Assembly (NCBI GenBank): GCA_044870765.1
Contig: JBIOZG010000012.1
Coordinates: forward strand, 32,001-96,000
Reading direction: 5' to 3'
Source: Nitrososphaeraceae archaeon
GTDB taxonomy: Archaea; Thermoproteota; Nitrososphaeria; Nitrososphaerales; Nitrososphaeraceae
Length of the DNA: 64,000 bases
Within the stretch, counting starts at the first letter, position 1, and every line of letters begins with the position of its first letter. Below the pieces are notes generated by a model that worked only from the letters and a program-made list of their open reading frames with translations, made no database searches and was not told the DNA's origin. Positions 20,746 to 32,131 of this stretch are shown here, in pieces. Position numbers and translations under genes: made by a program.

Positions 20746-20797
20746 TCCAAACAGAATTTACATAAGGAACTATACATAGACGATTCATTAGATAGAA

Positions 20798-21058
20798 ATG
20801 GATGCAAAGATAGAGTACGTAGGTAAAGTATATCTTTACAGTAGTGGAATGTCCGCCGAGCTTGTAGAAAGGAGCAAGGTAGTACTGAAAGAACATGGTG
20901 TTAACCCTAATGATATTGTGCTTATTGAATCTCCCGAAGGAGTTCCCGAAGGTTCTATCATTATCACCATATGGCCACATTATCTATCGGTTGCAAAAGT
21001 AAAAAGGGTAAGAGAGGGTTCGATATATGCGCCACAATTATTCAATATTGATATATAG
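20798..21058 (+). CDS. Hypothetical protein
   Basis: 86-aa ATG ORF with protein-like composition, co-oriented with the Zn-ribbon gene. Confidence 0.7.
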   Translation: MDAKIEYVGKVYLYSSGMSAELVERSKVVLKEHGVNPNDIVLIESPEGVPEGSIIITIWPHYLSVAKVKRVREGSIYAPQLFNIDI

Positions 21059-21182
21059 TAATTATTTCAAGAAAAAATACTACATAGATAATATTGCCGT
21101 CATACAAGATATGGAACTAAATGTTAACCCGTGGTTTTTTCCATTCTAGAAATTACTAAAATTAAGAACAAGACTGCAAGTC

Positions 21183-21593
21183 TTAGTCTAAATGCATTGT
21201 AATCATTTCTGCTATTTTATTTTTAGATACCGATCCGATAATCTTGTTTACTGCTTGTCCTCTCTTGAACAATAACAGAGTTGGAATACTCGAAATGCCG
21301 AACTGTCCTGCTACCAATGGATTTTCATCAACATTTATTTTACCTACAACCAATTTGCCCAAGTAGTCTTTACCAATTTCGTCAATGATTGGTGACATCA
21401 TCCTGCAAGGTCCGCACCACGGTGCCCAAAAGTCTATCAACGTCAATGGAAATTTGTTGATAGTCTGAGAAAACGTAGAGTCACCCAGAACGATTGGCTC
21501 TTTAATATTTTTTAACTGTTCTTTTTCATTAATCAGTTCTTGTAATTTTTTTATTTTTTTCTCATTTAACATCTTTAATTCTTCGTCTTCCAA
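21183..21593 (-). CDS. trxA: Thioredoxin
   Basis: DFWAPWCGPC, SIPTL; N-terminal helical extension. Confidence 0.95.
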   Translation of the reverse strand: MEDEELKMLNEKKIKKLQELINEKEQLKNIKEPIVLGDSTFSQTINKFPLTLIDFWAPWCGPCRMMSPIIDEIGKDYLGKLVVGKINVDENPLVAGQFGISSIPTLLLFKRGQAVNKIIGSVSKNKIAEMITMHLD

Positions 21594-21700
21594 TTTATGT
21601 TAGAACACTAACAGCGCTTGAATTGGTTTATTATGTTTTTTGATCTTACAATCATTCAGCGATAGATAATTATCTTAGAGAACTCAAAACATTCTCGATC

Positions 21701-22348
21701 TTGCTCGATTTAACGAAAAATGATGAAGATAATTCAAACTCTGAGATTGCAGGAAGCGAATCATTAAAAAAACAGATAGAGAGTGATGGGCTCGAAGATG
21801 AGGAGAACTCTGAGATTGCAGATAGGGAGGTACTGAAAAGAGAAATAGAGTTCTTGAAAAATGAGATTGAAAAAGAAAAAGAAGTTTCGGAAAAAAACCT
21901 ATCAAAGCTGAGATACCTTATGGCAGATTTCGATAATTATAGGAAACAAATAGGAAGGCAGATGGAATCAAAAATTGAAGAAAGTAAGGGCCAACTTTTT
22001 CTTAAACTACTCAAAGTTTACGACGATTGTGAATTGGCCCTTGAAACAATAAAAAATGGCCAATATGATTCCACATTGTTAGGTGGAATTCGTGGTATTA
22101 TGACAAACTTTGAGAGTTTGATGAAAGACGAAGGCTTGGTCGAAATTGAAACTTTGGGCACACCCTTTGATCCTAATGTACATGACGCGATTGGTTTTGT
22201 AACAAATGAATTGGCCCCGGACAACACAATAATTGAGGTCGTAAGGAAAGGATATCTATTAAACAATAAAGTTTTAAGACCTTCTTCAGTCATTTTATCT
22301 AAAAGAACAGTTACAAATAAAGATATTAATGAAAAAGATAAGGAGTAG
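21701..22348 (+). CDS. grpE: Nucleotide exchange factor GrpE
   Basis: [26 protein letters not shown]. Confidence 0.95.
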   Translation: MLDLTKNDEDNSNSEIAGSESLKKQIESDGLEDEENSEIADREVLKREIEFLKNEIEKEKEVSEKNLSKLRYLMADFDNYRKQIGRQMESKIEESKGQLFLKLLKVYDDCELALETIKNGQYDSTLLGGIRGIMTNFESLMKDEGLVEIETLGTPFDPNVHDAIGFVTNELAPDNTIIEVVRKGYLLNNKVLRPSSVILSKRTVTNKDINEKDKE

Positions 22349-22359
22349 TGAAGAGAAAT

Positions 22360-24228
22360 ATGGGTAAAATTATTGGAATAGATCTTGGAACAAGTAATTC
22401 TGCAGCTTCGGTTATGATTGGAGGAAAACCCACAATAATACAAGCTGCTGAGGGAACTTCAGTAGGTGGAAAAGCATTCCCTTCATATGTAGCATTTACT
22501 AAAGATGGTCAATTACTGGTGGGCGAACCGGCAAGAAGGCAGATGGTTACAAACCCTGAAGGTACCGTAATTGCAGCCAAACGCAAGATGGGAACTGATT
22601 TCAAATTTAAAGTATATGGGAAGGAGTACACTCCCCAACAGATATCCTCTTTTATTTTGCAAAAGATAAAAAGAGATTCTGAAGCCTACGTAGGAGAAAC
22701 TGTTGACAAAGCTGTAATTACAGTCCCGGCGTATTTTAATGACAATCAACGACAGGCGACTAAAGACGCAGGCGAAATTGCAGGTCTGGAAGTCGTAAGA
22801 ATTATCAATGAACCTACCGCTGCCTCACTTGCATATGGTCTGGATAAAGTAAACAAAGACTTGAAGATAATGGTATTCGATCTCGGTGGCGGAACTCTAG
22901 ATGTCACCATAATGGAAATGGGAGGAGGTGTATTTCAAGTAAAGAGTACGTCTGGGGATACCCAATTGGGTGGAACAGACATGGATAATCTAGTTGTTGA
23001 ATACATTATCCACGAATTTCAAAATCAAAATTCTATAGATGTTCATAATGACAAAGCGGCATTGATGAGAATAAAAGAGGCGGCAGAAAAAGCAAAAATT
23101 GAACTTTCTAATGTTATGACAACGGAAGTAAATCTCCCATTCTTATCATATGATTCATCTACAGGTCCCAAAAATTTGGTTATGACACTTTCCAGGTCAA
23201 AGTTGGAGGAATTGCTGAGACCAATAATTGAAAAATGTAAGGGACCCATGCTTCAAGCAATTGAGGACGCAAAGATGAAACCCGCAGACATTGACAAGAT
23301 TATTTTGATTGGAGGTCCGACAAGAATGCCAATAGTAAGACAAGCCATTACAAATGTAATGGGTAAGGAACCTGAAAGAGGAATTGATCCAATGGAAGCA
23401 GTGGCCATGGGAGCTGCCATTCAAGGAGCAATCATAGCAGGGGATGTAACCACAGATATTCTGCTTGTAGACGTGACACCGCTAACTTTAGGAGTTGAAG
23501 TACTCGGAGGACTAAAAGAGCCACTTATCGAAAGAAACACTACAATCCCTACGAAGAAAAGCAAAGTCTTTACTACTGCTGCAGACTACCAAAATGCAGT
23601 AACTGTACATGTTGTTCAAGGGGAAAGGTCAATGGCATCCGATTGTGTTTCTCTAGGCATGTTTAATCTATCAGGAATACCGCCGGCACCCAGAGGAATT
23701 CCCCAAGTAGAAGTTACCTTTGACATCGACGCAAATGGGATTCTTAATGTTACTGCAAAGGACCTAGCCACTTCAAAGGAATCAAAAATAACAATTTCTG
23801 CAAATACGAAGTTATCCAAGGATGATATTGAAAGACTCAAGAAAGAATCAGAGCAATTTGCAGAACAAGATAAACAAAAGAAGGAACAAGCAGAAGTGAA
23901 AAATGAAGCAGATAATCTAATGTATACTGCAGAAAAATTAACTCAGCAAGACCTAAAAGATAAGATTAAACCTGAACAAGTTGAAAAAGTTAATAGTGCA
24001 GTCAAGGAATTGAGAGAAGCTGTCTCATCAAATAATATTGAAGAAATTAAGAAGAAAATAGAAGGTCTAAAAAATATAGTAGGTGAAATAAGTACCGAAG
24101 CATATAGAGCCGCTGGTGCAGCTGCATCTCAACAGGCGCCCTCTCAAAATTCAGATAGTGCCAATCCGACTTCAGATAGTGCCAATCCGACTTCAGATAG
24201 TGCTAACCAATCTAATACCCAGCAATAA
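22360..24228 (+). CDS. dnaK: Chaperone DnaK
   Basis: [29 protein letters not shown]; ATG at 22360. Confidence 0.98.
   Translation: MGKIIGIDLGTSNSAASVMIGGKPTIIQAAEGTSVGGKAFPSYVAFTKDGQLLVGEPARRQMVTNPEGTVIAAKRKMGTDFKFKVYGKEYTPQQISSFILQKIKRDSEAYVGETVDKAVITVPAYFNDNQRQATKDAGEIAGLEVVRIINEPTAASLAYGLDKVNKDLKIMVFDLGGGTLDVTIMEMGGGVFQVKSTSGDTQLGGTDMDNLVVEYIIHEFQNQNSIDVHNDKAALMRIKEAAEKAKIELSNVMTTEVNLPFLSYDSSTGPKNLVMTLSRSKLEELLRPIIEKCKGPMLQAIEDAKMKPADIDKIILIGGPTRMPIVRQAITNVMGKEPERGIDPMEAVAMGAAIQGAIIAGDVTTDILLVDVTPLTLGVEVLGGLKEPLIERNTTIPTKKSKVFTTAADYQNAVTVHVVQGERSMASDCVSLGMFNLSGIPPAPRGIPQVEVTFDIDANGILNVTAKDLATSKESKITISANTKLSKDDIERLKKESEQFAEQDKQKKEQAEVKNEADNLMYTAEKLTQQDLKDKIKPEQVEKVNSAVKELREAVSSNNIEEIKKKIEGLKNIVGEISTEAYRAAGAAASQQAPSQNSDSANPTSDSANPTSDSANQSNTQQ
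24151..24213 (+). repeat. 21-bp in-frame tandem repeat in the dnaK tail (SDSANPT x2 plus a degenerate third copy)
   Basis: TCAGATAGTGCCAATCCGACT at 24151 and 24172; TCAGATAGTGCTAACCAATCT at 24193. Confidence 0.9.
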
Positions 24229-24289
24229 CAAGATGTTACAAAGGCCAACCTGATATGTATCCATTATTTTTAATCAATGGTTTCTTACC

Positions 24290-25405
24290 ATGAGTACAAA
24301 GCGTGACTATTACGAAGTCTTGAATGTAGATAGGAATGCTACTAAAGAAGAAATCAAAAGCAAGTATAGGAAATTAGCTCTACAATACCATCCTGACAGG
24401 AATAAGAGCTCAGATGCCGAAGAAAAGTTTAAAGAAATTTCAGAAGCTTATGCTGTTTTGTCCGATGACGACAAGAGAAAAAAATATGATAAATATGGTC
24501 ATGTAGGATCGGAGGAAGTTTTCAGAGGATCAGAGTCTAATTTTGATGAAATCTTCAGAGATATAGGATTTGGTGGGATTAAAGATATTTTTGAGCAATT
24601 GTTCGGAGGAGGATTTTCAGCCAGAAATAGAGGTGATCCCTTTGGCTTTGGTTTTAACTTTGGAAGAAGCAACAGAGGTGAGGACGCAGTTATTGATTTA
24701 TCCCTCACATTAGAAGATGTAGTAACCGGAAAGAAGGAAATGATTGAAGTCCCATCATTGGAAAAGTGTTCAGAGTGCAATGGAAGTGGTTGTTATCCTG
24801 GTACGAAACGTAAAAAATGTATGACGTGCAATGGACTTGGTCAGACAAAAAGGGTCTTTAATGAAAATAGGTTTTCAACTTTTGTTACCGTGGAAACTTG
24901 TAGAACATGTAGAGGAATGGGAGAAATAATTGAAAAACCATGTAAAAATTGTAAAGCATCAGGCAACGTTCCAGCTAGAAAAAAAATACAGGTAGAGATT
25001 CCTCCGGGTGTTGAGGATGGTATGACACTACAACTAAGCGGTAGAGGTATTTCTTACGAAAATGGAGTTCCAGGAGACCTCTTCATTCGAATCCATATCA
25101 AACCTCATCAAACTTTTGAAAGACTTGAAGATGGCCATTTACTTTATACTTTGAAACTGAAATACACAGAACTGGTATTGGGCACGGAAATAATAATACC
25201 TACGCTAAATGGAGGCGAAAAGTTGAAAATCCCTGCAGGCTCCCAAGCAGATTCAATTTTTAATTTAAGAGGAAAAGGAATACCTGTACATGGTAGACGA
25301 TCTAGAGGAGACCAAATTGTAAAAATTAAACTTGATATACCCACTAAACTTAGTGAAAGGCAAAAGTGGCTAATCAAAGAACTGGATGATACGAAGAATA
25401 CTTGA
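24290..25405 (+). CDS. dnaJ: Chaperone DnaJ
   Basis: J domain with HPD, G/F region, four CxxCxGxG-type motifs. Confidence 0.97.
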   Translation: MSTKRDYYEVLNVDRNATKEEIKSKYRKLALQYHPDRNKSSDAEEKFKEISEAYAVLSDDDKRKKYDKYGHVGSEEVFRGSESNFDEIFRDIGFGGIKDIFEQLFGGGFSARNRGDPFGFGFNFGRSNRGEDAVIDLSLTLEDVVTGKKEMIEVPSLEKCSECNGSGCYPGTKRKKCMTCNGLGQTKRVFNENRFSTFVTVETCRTCRGMGEIIEKPCKNCKASGNVPARKKIQVEIPPGVEDGMTLQLSGRGISYENGVPGDLFIRIHIKPHQTFERLEDGHLLYTLKLKYTELVLGTEIIIPTLNGGEKLKIPAGSQADSIFNLRGKGIPVHGRRSRGDQIVKIKLDIPTKLSERQKWLIKELDDTKNT

Positions 25406-25443
25406 GATGTGTTGTTTGTAATATTTATATCTAATAACTCAAG

Positions 25444-26037
25444 ATGATAATCATGTCTAGTCCGTTTGATGAGTGGTTTGGGCGAAGAAGATCCAATTCT
25501 TGGTTTCCAGATGTGGATTCCATGATGAAGGAAATGGAAAAGTTAATGCAAGAGGCCGTTAAGAACATGGATCAAAATGTTCCAAAGAATCTGATAAGGG
25601 AACGGAAGCTTGATGACGGATCCGTTGTGCGCGAAATGGGTCCAATTGTTTATGGGTACTCATTTAAGATTGGTGAAGACGGTAAACCGATCGTCAGAAA
25701 ATTTGGAAACCTAAACACTTTCCCAAGCTCTCTAACTGGCAGATTTTCAGTCAGTGATCAAAGAGAGCCTGTTGTGGACATCATAAAGGATGTTGACAAA
25801 TTGAAAATTATTGCCGAACTTCCAGGCGTAACTAAAAGTGATTTGAGGATAACTGCTAATGAAACTTCATTGACAATAGAGTCTCTTTCAGGAGAACGTA
25901 GATACAACAAAAAAATAGAACTTCCGAATGAAATCGAACCATCTTCAGGAAAATCATCTTATAAAAACGGAATATTAGAGGTAACATTCAAGTTAAAAGA
26001 TTCAAAAGACCACGGAGTTTCTATTAACGTAGAGTAA
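25444..26037 (+). CDS. hsp20: Archaeal small heat-shock protein Hsp20
   Basis: GPIVYGYS..IG.DGKP..FGN, REP.VD, AELPGV, YKNGILEV. Confidence 0.93.
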   Translation: MIIMSSPFDEWFGRRRSNSWFPDVDSMMKEMEKLMQEAVKNMDQNVPKNLIRERKLDDGSVVREMGPIVYGYSFKIGEDGKPIVRKFGNLNTFPSSLTGRFSVSDQREPVVDIIKDVDKLKIIAELPGVTKSDLRITANETSLTIESLSGERRYNKKIELPNEIEPSSGKSSYKNGILEVTFKLKDSKDHGVSINVE

Positions 26038-26119
26038 ATTGAAGAGGATTAATATTCAATGTCGTCACACCGTCTTGTCGTATTAACTTTTTAAAATCAG
26101 TTATTTATCTACAGATATC

Positions 26120-27049
26120 ATGAACGCAGTACAGGCTGTTGAAGTTACAAAAAGGTACAAAGGATCAAAATCGTATGCCATAGACAACATTTCCTTAAAT
26201 ATAGAACCGGGAAGAATCTTCACCCTTCTTGGAAGAAATGGTGCAGGAAAGACTACATTCGTCAGAATTTGTGCAACACAGCTATTACCAACTTCTGGAA
26301 CTGTAAAAATATTTGAAAACGACCTTGTCAGAGATACTGAGAAAATAAGGAATCAGATCTCCATTGTACCGCAGGAGGGAAGACCATTACGCGCTCTCAC
26401 CCCGTGGGATCATGTTTATTTTTGGCTAAGGATTAGAGGGGTGAATAAGCATGAAGCATCAATAAGAACCAAAAAGATCCTTCAAGATTTTGAATTATAC
26501 GATGTGAGAAGTAAACTTGCGATGTATTTGTCAGGAGGAATGAAGCAAAAAATATTAGTGGCAATGGCTATGGCAGTAGATTCGAGATTGCTTTTTCTAG
26601 ATGAACCGACTATCGGACTTGATCCCGTTTCCAGACGCCAAATCTGGAAAGCTATCAAGGAAAAAAAGGAAAATGGAACGACAATCCTGCTTACAACCCA
26701 TTATATGGACGAAGCAGAAGTATTGTCAGATGATATAGTCATAATAGACAAAGGGACCGTTATTTCAAAAGGAACACTCTCAGAAATTAGGAAGAATATT
26801 AAAGAAAATATTAAAATTGAAATTCCAAGATCGGCAATCGAAAGTGATATTTTAAAATCATACGGAACTGTAATAGATACCGGGACCGATATATTAAAAC
26901 TATTTACCTTTGAATCGAATATGCAGGAGATATCTGCAATTGCAATAAAGAAAAATTTCTTTTTCAGGGTATCCCCAATTACCCTGGATGATGTGTTTGT
27001 TGCTCTGGTTGGAACCGAGAGCAATAGTGTCGATCAGGATAAGGATTAG
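26120..27049 (+). CDS. ABC-2 (DrrA-like) exporter ATP-binding protein
   Basis: GRNGAGKTT, LSGGMKQ, LDEPTIGLDP, LTTHYMDEAE. Confidence 0.92.
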   Translation: MNAVQAVEVTKRYKGSKSYAIDNISLNIEPGRIFTLLGRNGAGKTTFVRICATQLLPTSGTVKIFENDLVRDTEKIRNQISIVPQEGRPLRALTPWDHVYFWLRIRGVNKHEASIRTKKILQDFELYDVRSKLAMYLSGGMKQKILVAMAMAVDSRLLFLDEPTIGLDPVSRRQIWKAIKEKKENGTTILLTTHYMDEAEVLSDDIVIIDKGTVISKGTLSEIRKNIKENIKIEIPRSAIESDILKSYGTVIDTGTDILKLFTFESNMQEISAIAIKKNFFFRVSPITLDDVFVALVGTESNSVDQDKD

Positions 27050-28254
27050 TTCGTGGAGTTCAGGTTAGGGTAAATTTTAGCTACCGAGTTCTTGAGATAT
27101 CCATAATATTCTGTCGGAGTTAGCGTTCCATTTTGATTTAATATTAAATTGAAGCTGGCAGGTTCAGCATCTTGGTAATCCCATTTCCAGAAGGACGAGG
27201 CAGTGATATTTGAATTCTTAAAGGTTTCCAGCATCGTATCTGTCGTTTGCTGGTCAAGTCCGCTCTTTGCAGGATCAAGCTGAAATACCCCATTAACTTG
27301 TGTGCGTGCAACGTTATTCCATTCACCAATATAGAGTGGTTCACCTGTTAGTTCGCGAGTTTTTAAGAACATATCCCATCGTTCTTTTTGATATTTATCT
27401 CTGTCTGGAATGCCATAGACACTAATCTTAAACCAAACATTATCTTTATTTGAAGGAGCCATTTTTGCAAGATTTTCTGGCGTTAATTCTATAGGTCCGC
27501 CAAGATCCACAGGAACATTCATACTATAAACTATGGTCTTGTTAGTTAAGCTTCGTAATTCATCAGTGATAAATGAATTAAAGTTCCCAATTTTTTCCCA
27601 TTGATCTGCGCTTTCTACATGGGGCTCGCTCAAGATTTCATATCCGAAAGTGCTAGGATGCCCATCCACTTTTGTAACAACCTTTTTCCAAAAGTCAGCA
27701 AGTAAAGTCCATGCGTCCTTTCCTTGGCCATCCTTTACTGAACCATCCCAAAAGTTACTCCACCACAGCTTTGCAACAGGCTCTCCTTCTTTACCCCCGC
27801 TATTCATCGGATACAGTTGTGAATTATTCTCAAAAAGTGCGGATGGAAAACCTGTTCCCCTCTTTTCAAGCCAGGAGGATGTATGCCACTGATGATTATC
27901 ATAAATAACCTTAATGCCATATTTATCTGCAATATTTGCAACCTGTTCGATTTCATTCATGAATGCTTGTGGGTTCTTTTCATATGCTTCCCAATAAAAC
28001 AAGAACCTAACTTGATTTAGTCCTGCCTCTTTTATCAACTTGAAGCTTTCATCGAAATAATTAGCAGGAGGTAGTGCAGTATCGGGCCTGTTTTGTTTTT
28101 GATCCACATATGCGCCCTTCATCGCTGCACCAACTAAAGTATTGTCGGCTGCAGATGGCTGGGCAGAAGCGACGATAATACCATTTGTCATGAACAAAGA
28201 CATTACAAGACTTAAACCAAACAAGACAGGCGTATTTTGTCGAAAACTACTCAT
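27046..28254 (-). CDS. Secreted glycoside hydrolase, clan GH-A (GH5/cellulase-like)
   Basis: Signal peptide; G.N.VR, DNHQ, GYEILSEPH (acid/base), YIGEW (nucleophile), FWKW. Confidence 0.82.
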   Translation of the reverse strand: MSSFRQNTPVLFGLSLVMSLFMTNGIIVASAQPSAADNTLVGAAMKGAYVDQKQNRPDTALPPANYFDESFKLIKEAGLNQVRFLFYWEAYEKNPQAFMNEIEQVANIADKYGIKVIYDNHQWHTSSWLEKRGTGFPSALFENNSQLYPMNSGGKEGEPVAKLWWSNFWDGSVKDGQGKDAWTLLADFWKKVVTKVDGHPSTFGYEILSEPHVESADQWEKIGNFNSFITDELRSLTNKTIVYSMNVPVDLGGPIELTPENLAKMAPSNKDNVWFKISVYGIPDRDKYQKERWDMFLKTRELTGEPLYIGEWNNVARTQVNGVFQLDPAKSGLDQQTTDTMLETFKNSNITASSFWKWDYQDAEPASFNLILNQNGTLTPTEYYGYLKNSVAKIYPNLNSTN

Positions 28255-28450
28255 GGCAAATATATCGAAATTTAGTTTATATATATATTATGAATTAGGC
28301 ATCCATTATCTGATTTTGAGTTCAAAATAGGCGTTACAGTACTAGTTCCAAAATTATTATTTAGGGATATAATTATATCTCTATAAATAAATATCAATTG
28401 TCGTCGGTGGAGATAAGTTATAGAATGTCATTCACGAGAGGTGATAACTA

Positions 28451-28993
28451 GTGAAGCGAATTGTTCTAGCCGCAGGATTAATATCCTTATTAATCGGAGT
28501 AACGATAATTTCTATTTCTTCCATTCGTGTTCCTGACCCTCTTCATACTTCAAGTTCAGTGTATAACGGAAAAATAAATAATGATACCAGAGCTGTCATG
28601 GTACTGAAAGACATCCAAAAAGGAAAAAACATCTCATTATCTGTTACCCCACAAAATACTGTAAACGTATTTAACATTAAGATCATAAATTCAAAAGGAA
28701 CTGTTTTGTTTGATTTGAATTCATCACAACCATTGTTTACCACGATCACCCCACCCATAAGCGGAAATTATTCAGCGGTTTTAACTAATCTCAAGAATGA
28801 GGATACTTATGTCCAGAGTATATTCGCTAGCTCAGTTCTATTTGATAGTAATAAAATTCCAAAAATAGAAATTAACGCAATTATGATAGGAGTAATTATT
28901 TTGCTAATAGGAATTGTGATATGCATTATTTGGATACTCATGGAATTTTTTGAAACACTAAAAGAAAGGACGAGGTACAAACAGTTGTCTTGA
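28451..28993 (+). CDS. Hypothetical membrane protein (N- and C-terminal TM helices, extracellular beta domain)
   Basis: Hydrophobic termini; GNYSAVLTN beta-strand motif. Confidence 0.65.
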   Translation: MKRIVLAAGLISLLIGVTIISISSIRVPDPLHTSSSVYNGKINNDTRAVMVLKDIQKGKNISLSVTPQNTVNVFNIKIINSKGTVLFDLNSSQPLFTTITPPISGNYSAVLTNLKNEDTYVQSIFASSVLFDSNKIPKIEINAIMIGVIILLIGIVICIIWILMEFFETLKERTRYKQLS

Positions 28994-29165
28994 GAGATAT
29001 TTTGTTCAAGTTCAACAACAATCCAATTTAATCAGAATTGTAAAATTCAAACACCGATACAATAGCAGGATAGTGGATCAAACGATACTTTCAAGATGAC
29101 TTAATATTATCGTTGCTTCTAAGTACGTAGTCATATGCAAATTGTTTGAAATAAGTTTAATTGTC

Positions 29166-31088
29166 CTATCCATTTGCTTTTTGGAGGTACTCTGTCAATT
29201 TTGCTATTAGTTTTTTATTAACTTTCTCACCATCAATCTTTCCTCTTAATACTTCCATGCACCTGCCCATCAAAAGGCCCACTGAATCTAAACCTTTTTG
29301 AGAAATTACATTTGAATTTTCATGTATTATTTTACTTATAGTTTGATCTACATATCCTTCGCTAATGCTTTCAGTCCCAAATGAACTTATTATTTCATCA
29401 ACATCCATAGACTCATTTTTTAGGAGCTTCTCGATTACCAGTGGAATAGATTCTTTAGTTATTCGTGAATTATCAAGTTCTGTAAATAGACAAAATAGCA
29501 CATCTTCAGAAAGAATTGAACTGTCATAACCCTCTCTTTCCATGCTCACTAGGTCCTCCGTAAGTTTAGATATTACAAAAGAGGGGCTAGTTGACGTGTG
29601 TGAGACTATTTTTTCGAAAAGTGAAAAATATTTAGAATCAAAAATATTTTCTGCCAAAGTCTTATTAATATTATATTTCTTGCAGATTTGATCAATGATT
29701 TCGTTCCACGGTTGAGGTGTATCTTGAGATAATTGTTTTAGCTTTCCTTCGTCTATTGAGATGTACGGAATATCGGTTTCCGGGTACATTCTTGATGAGC
29801 CAGGTTTAGGTCTACTAAATACTGTAACTCCATCCAATCTTGCTGAACGTGTTTCAGGAACAATTCCACTAAAACCTTTTTTGATTCTAGTAAATAATTC
29901 AAGTAATACTGTGTTTAGGGATTTTGTCGGTCCGCCTATTAATACAAAAGCATCATTCTTATCCATTCTTAGAACGTCTGATATAGACTCAACGTCTTCC
30001 GTCGTAATTCCATAGTTCGGTAATTCATCGGAGTGAAATATTCCACCAATTCCGTAAACTTTTACCAGATCACCTAATTCTTTCCCCAATCTAATTCCTG
30101 GATAGGGTTCAAAAGACAATATTCCTTTGAATCTCCGCAGAACGAATGCCGTGAATCTAGAATCACCAGTGAGAATCTTCTTTACTACTTTAGAGGATGA
30201 TTTACTTAATAGATGAGTTACGTCCGCAACATTGTCTATGAAACTTGATTCGTCAATATCACGTTTTTTGAGTTCATTTGCAATTTGATTTAATGCGTCT
30301 TGTCTCTTTCTTTCATATTCAATTACAAGAGGCAGCTGTGACAATTGCTGAACACCTTTCACTTCTACTACAGGTCCATTCTCTGTTGAAATGTTAACAT
30401 CCTGTCTGATACTTCCCAACCCACGAGTAACTTTTTTAGTAGATCTTAGTAATCGTCCGACTGTTTGAGCAACGTTCGTAACAAAAATTGGAGAATTAGA
30501 AATAGGTTCAAGTGCAATTTCAATAAGTGGTATTCCTAATCTATCCAAAGAATAAGCCTTGTTCTCATCCTCTTTTTTGTCTTCATTTATTATTCTCGCA
30601 GCATCCTCTTCTAAGCATACACTTTGGATTCCTACCCTGATACCCTCAACCTCCAAAAACCCGTTTCTGCCAACTAGTATTGTTCTTTGAAATCCAGTTG
30701 TGTTCGAACCGTCTATTACTATCTTTCTCATTATATGTAATTCATCTTCAATGGTGCAATTGAGCGCCAGAGATATTGTCAGTACGAGTTCGAGTGCTTC
30801 ATTGTTTACCGTCCTAGGAGGTTCTTCATCAGATTCAATGAGGCAGTTTGCATTTTTAGAAGATTGATATTTTACCGTCTTAATTTTTTTTGATTCGAAT
30901 AAAGCAGCTTGGTCGTAAGATCCCATCTCGCTTTGAGTCGGACGCAGGTTCCTTTTGAAGGTAAAATCATATTCATTAGATTCAAGTATTTTGCAATCAC
31001 AAAACAATTTATTTTTTGTAGCCAATTGTTGATGGATTTCAAGTCCAACCTTTAGTTTATCTTGAGCAATAGTTTCGTTTTTAACCAA
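29166..31088 (-). CDS. gatE: Glu-tRNA(Gln) amidotransferase subunit E
   Basis: GLEIHQQL, KLFC, RKIVIDGSNTTGFQRT, LDRLGIPLIEI, RGLGSIRQD, RMYPETDIP. Confidence 0.97.
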   Translation of the reverse strand: MVKNETIAQDKLKVGLEIHQQLATKNKLFCDCKILESNEYDFTFKRNLRPTQSEMGSYDQAALFESKKIKTVKYQSSKNANCLIESDEEPPRTVNNEALELVLTISLALNCTIEDELHIMRKIVIDGSNTTGFQRTILVGRNGFLEVEGIRVGIQSVCLEEDAARIINEDKKEDENKAYSLDRLGIPLIEIALEPISNSPIFVTNVAQTVGRLLRSTKKVTRGLGSIRQDVNISTENGPVVEVKGVQQLSQLPLVIEYERKRQDALNQIANELKKRDIDESSFIDNVADVTHLLSKSSSKVVKKILTGDSRFTAFVLRRFKGILSFEPYPGIRLGKELGDLVKVYGIGGIFHSDELPNYGITTEDVESISDVLRMDKNDAFVLIGGPTKSLNTVLLELFTRIKKGFSGIVPETRSARLDGVTVFSRPKPGSSRMYPETDIPYISIDEGKLKQLSQDTPQPWNEIIDQICKKYNINKTLAENIFDSKYFSLFEKIVSHTSTSPSFVISKLTEDLVSMEREGYDSSILSEDVLFCLFTELDNSRITKESIPLVIEKLLKNESMDVDEIISSFGTESISEGYVDQTISKIIHENSNVISQKGLDSVGLLMGRCMEVLRGKIDGEKVNKKLIAKLTEYLQKANG

Positions 31089-31186
31089 TATATGGATAAT
31101 AAATATAGCCTTCTTATATTATTATTATTATTTACAAATTCGAGAAATCTTTAATTTCCTGCCCACAACAATATTTATCACCGAAA

Positions 31187-31339
31187 ATGCTAGGTAATAT
31201 TTTCTGGATGTTATATGCTATTTTACCAAAGGGTACGGTAAAAGATGAAAGTACTTTTTTCATACTGGTTTCCATTTTGCTTGGATTAATTGCAACGGCA
31301 TACATAATGAGGTGGAGAAGAAATAAAGAACCTCAATAA
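31187..31339 (+). CDS. Putative 50-aa membrane peptide (not in ORF track)
   Basis: MLGNIFWMLYAILPKGTVKDESTFFILVSILLGLIATAYIMRWRRNKEPQ; TM helix followed by a basic tail. Confidence 0.5.
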   Translation: MLGNIFWMLYAILPKGTVKDESTFFILVSILLGLIATAYIMRWRRNKEPQ

Positions 31340-31405
31340 ATTTTGATTATTCTGAAAAGTTTTGGTTTTATTTTCTAAAAATCATATACTTATCATCTGG
31401 ATATC

Positions 31406-31981
31406 TTAAATTGTAAATCTAGAAAATTTAATTGATTTAACTATATTTGTAATTTCACTTTTTAATGAGTCGATATTTATGTCGTGATATCTCCCATTAG
31501 AGTTATTCAATTTAGCAAAGGCCCTATTCATAATAGAAATGCAAATTCCTTGTTCGCCTTTTTGGTAATGTACTAAGGCAGCTGCAACTAGTATGAGCCC
31601 ATTCAACAAATCTCTTTCATCACCATAGGTGTGTTTCCATACACCTTCAAGAACTTCATGTGTTTTCCAATATTTTTCATTGTTAAAAAGTACACGAGCC
31701 ATTTTTATTGATTCATTTTTATCAATTTCCTTCTCGGCAATTCTGTCGATTTCTATTAATGGACCTATATTGGACAGTTTTGAGCTTATAGCATCTAATG
31801 TCGATTCGGAAGATACACTGATATCAAGCTCAAGAAAATTGCTTGCCACCCTTACATCTCTAATTATGATATTTAAGTCACGTAAAACATTTCTAGACGT
31901 AGTAAGGATATTAGTTGCGTCTTGAGGTGAGTATTTCTCGTTTTTGAGATAAATCATATACCTTAGCAATGCCTTTACCAA
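31406..31981 (-). CDS. DUF309 domain protein
   Basis: LFN.EKYW.THEVLE.VW...GLIL.AAALVH motif. Confidence 0.88.
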   Translation of the reverse strand: MVKALLRYMIYLKNEKYSPQDATNILTTSRNVLRDLNIIIRDVRVASNFLELDISVSSESTLDAISSKLSNIGPLIEIDRIAEKEIDKNESIKMARVLFNNEKYWKTHEVLEGVWKHTYGDERDLLNGLILVAAALVHYQKGEQGICISIMNRAFAKLNNSNGRYHDINIDSLKSEITNIVKSIKFSRFTI

Positions 31982-32131
31982 ATCTCTTCTATATGGTTAT
32001 GTGGCACATACCAAAATAAGTTATTGCATCATTCACAACGCATTCTAGATTAGTTTAAGCAATCTGAAGAAATCTAAAATTGCGGTGAATTTGAAATTAC
32101 ATGTCTTTTGTTTTGAAAAGTAAGCAATTTT

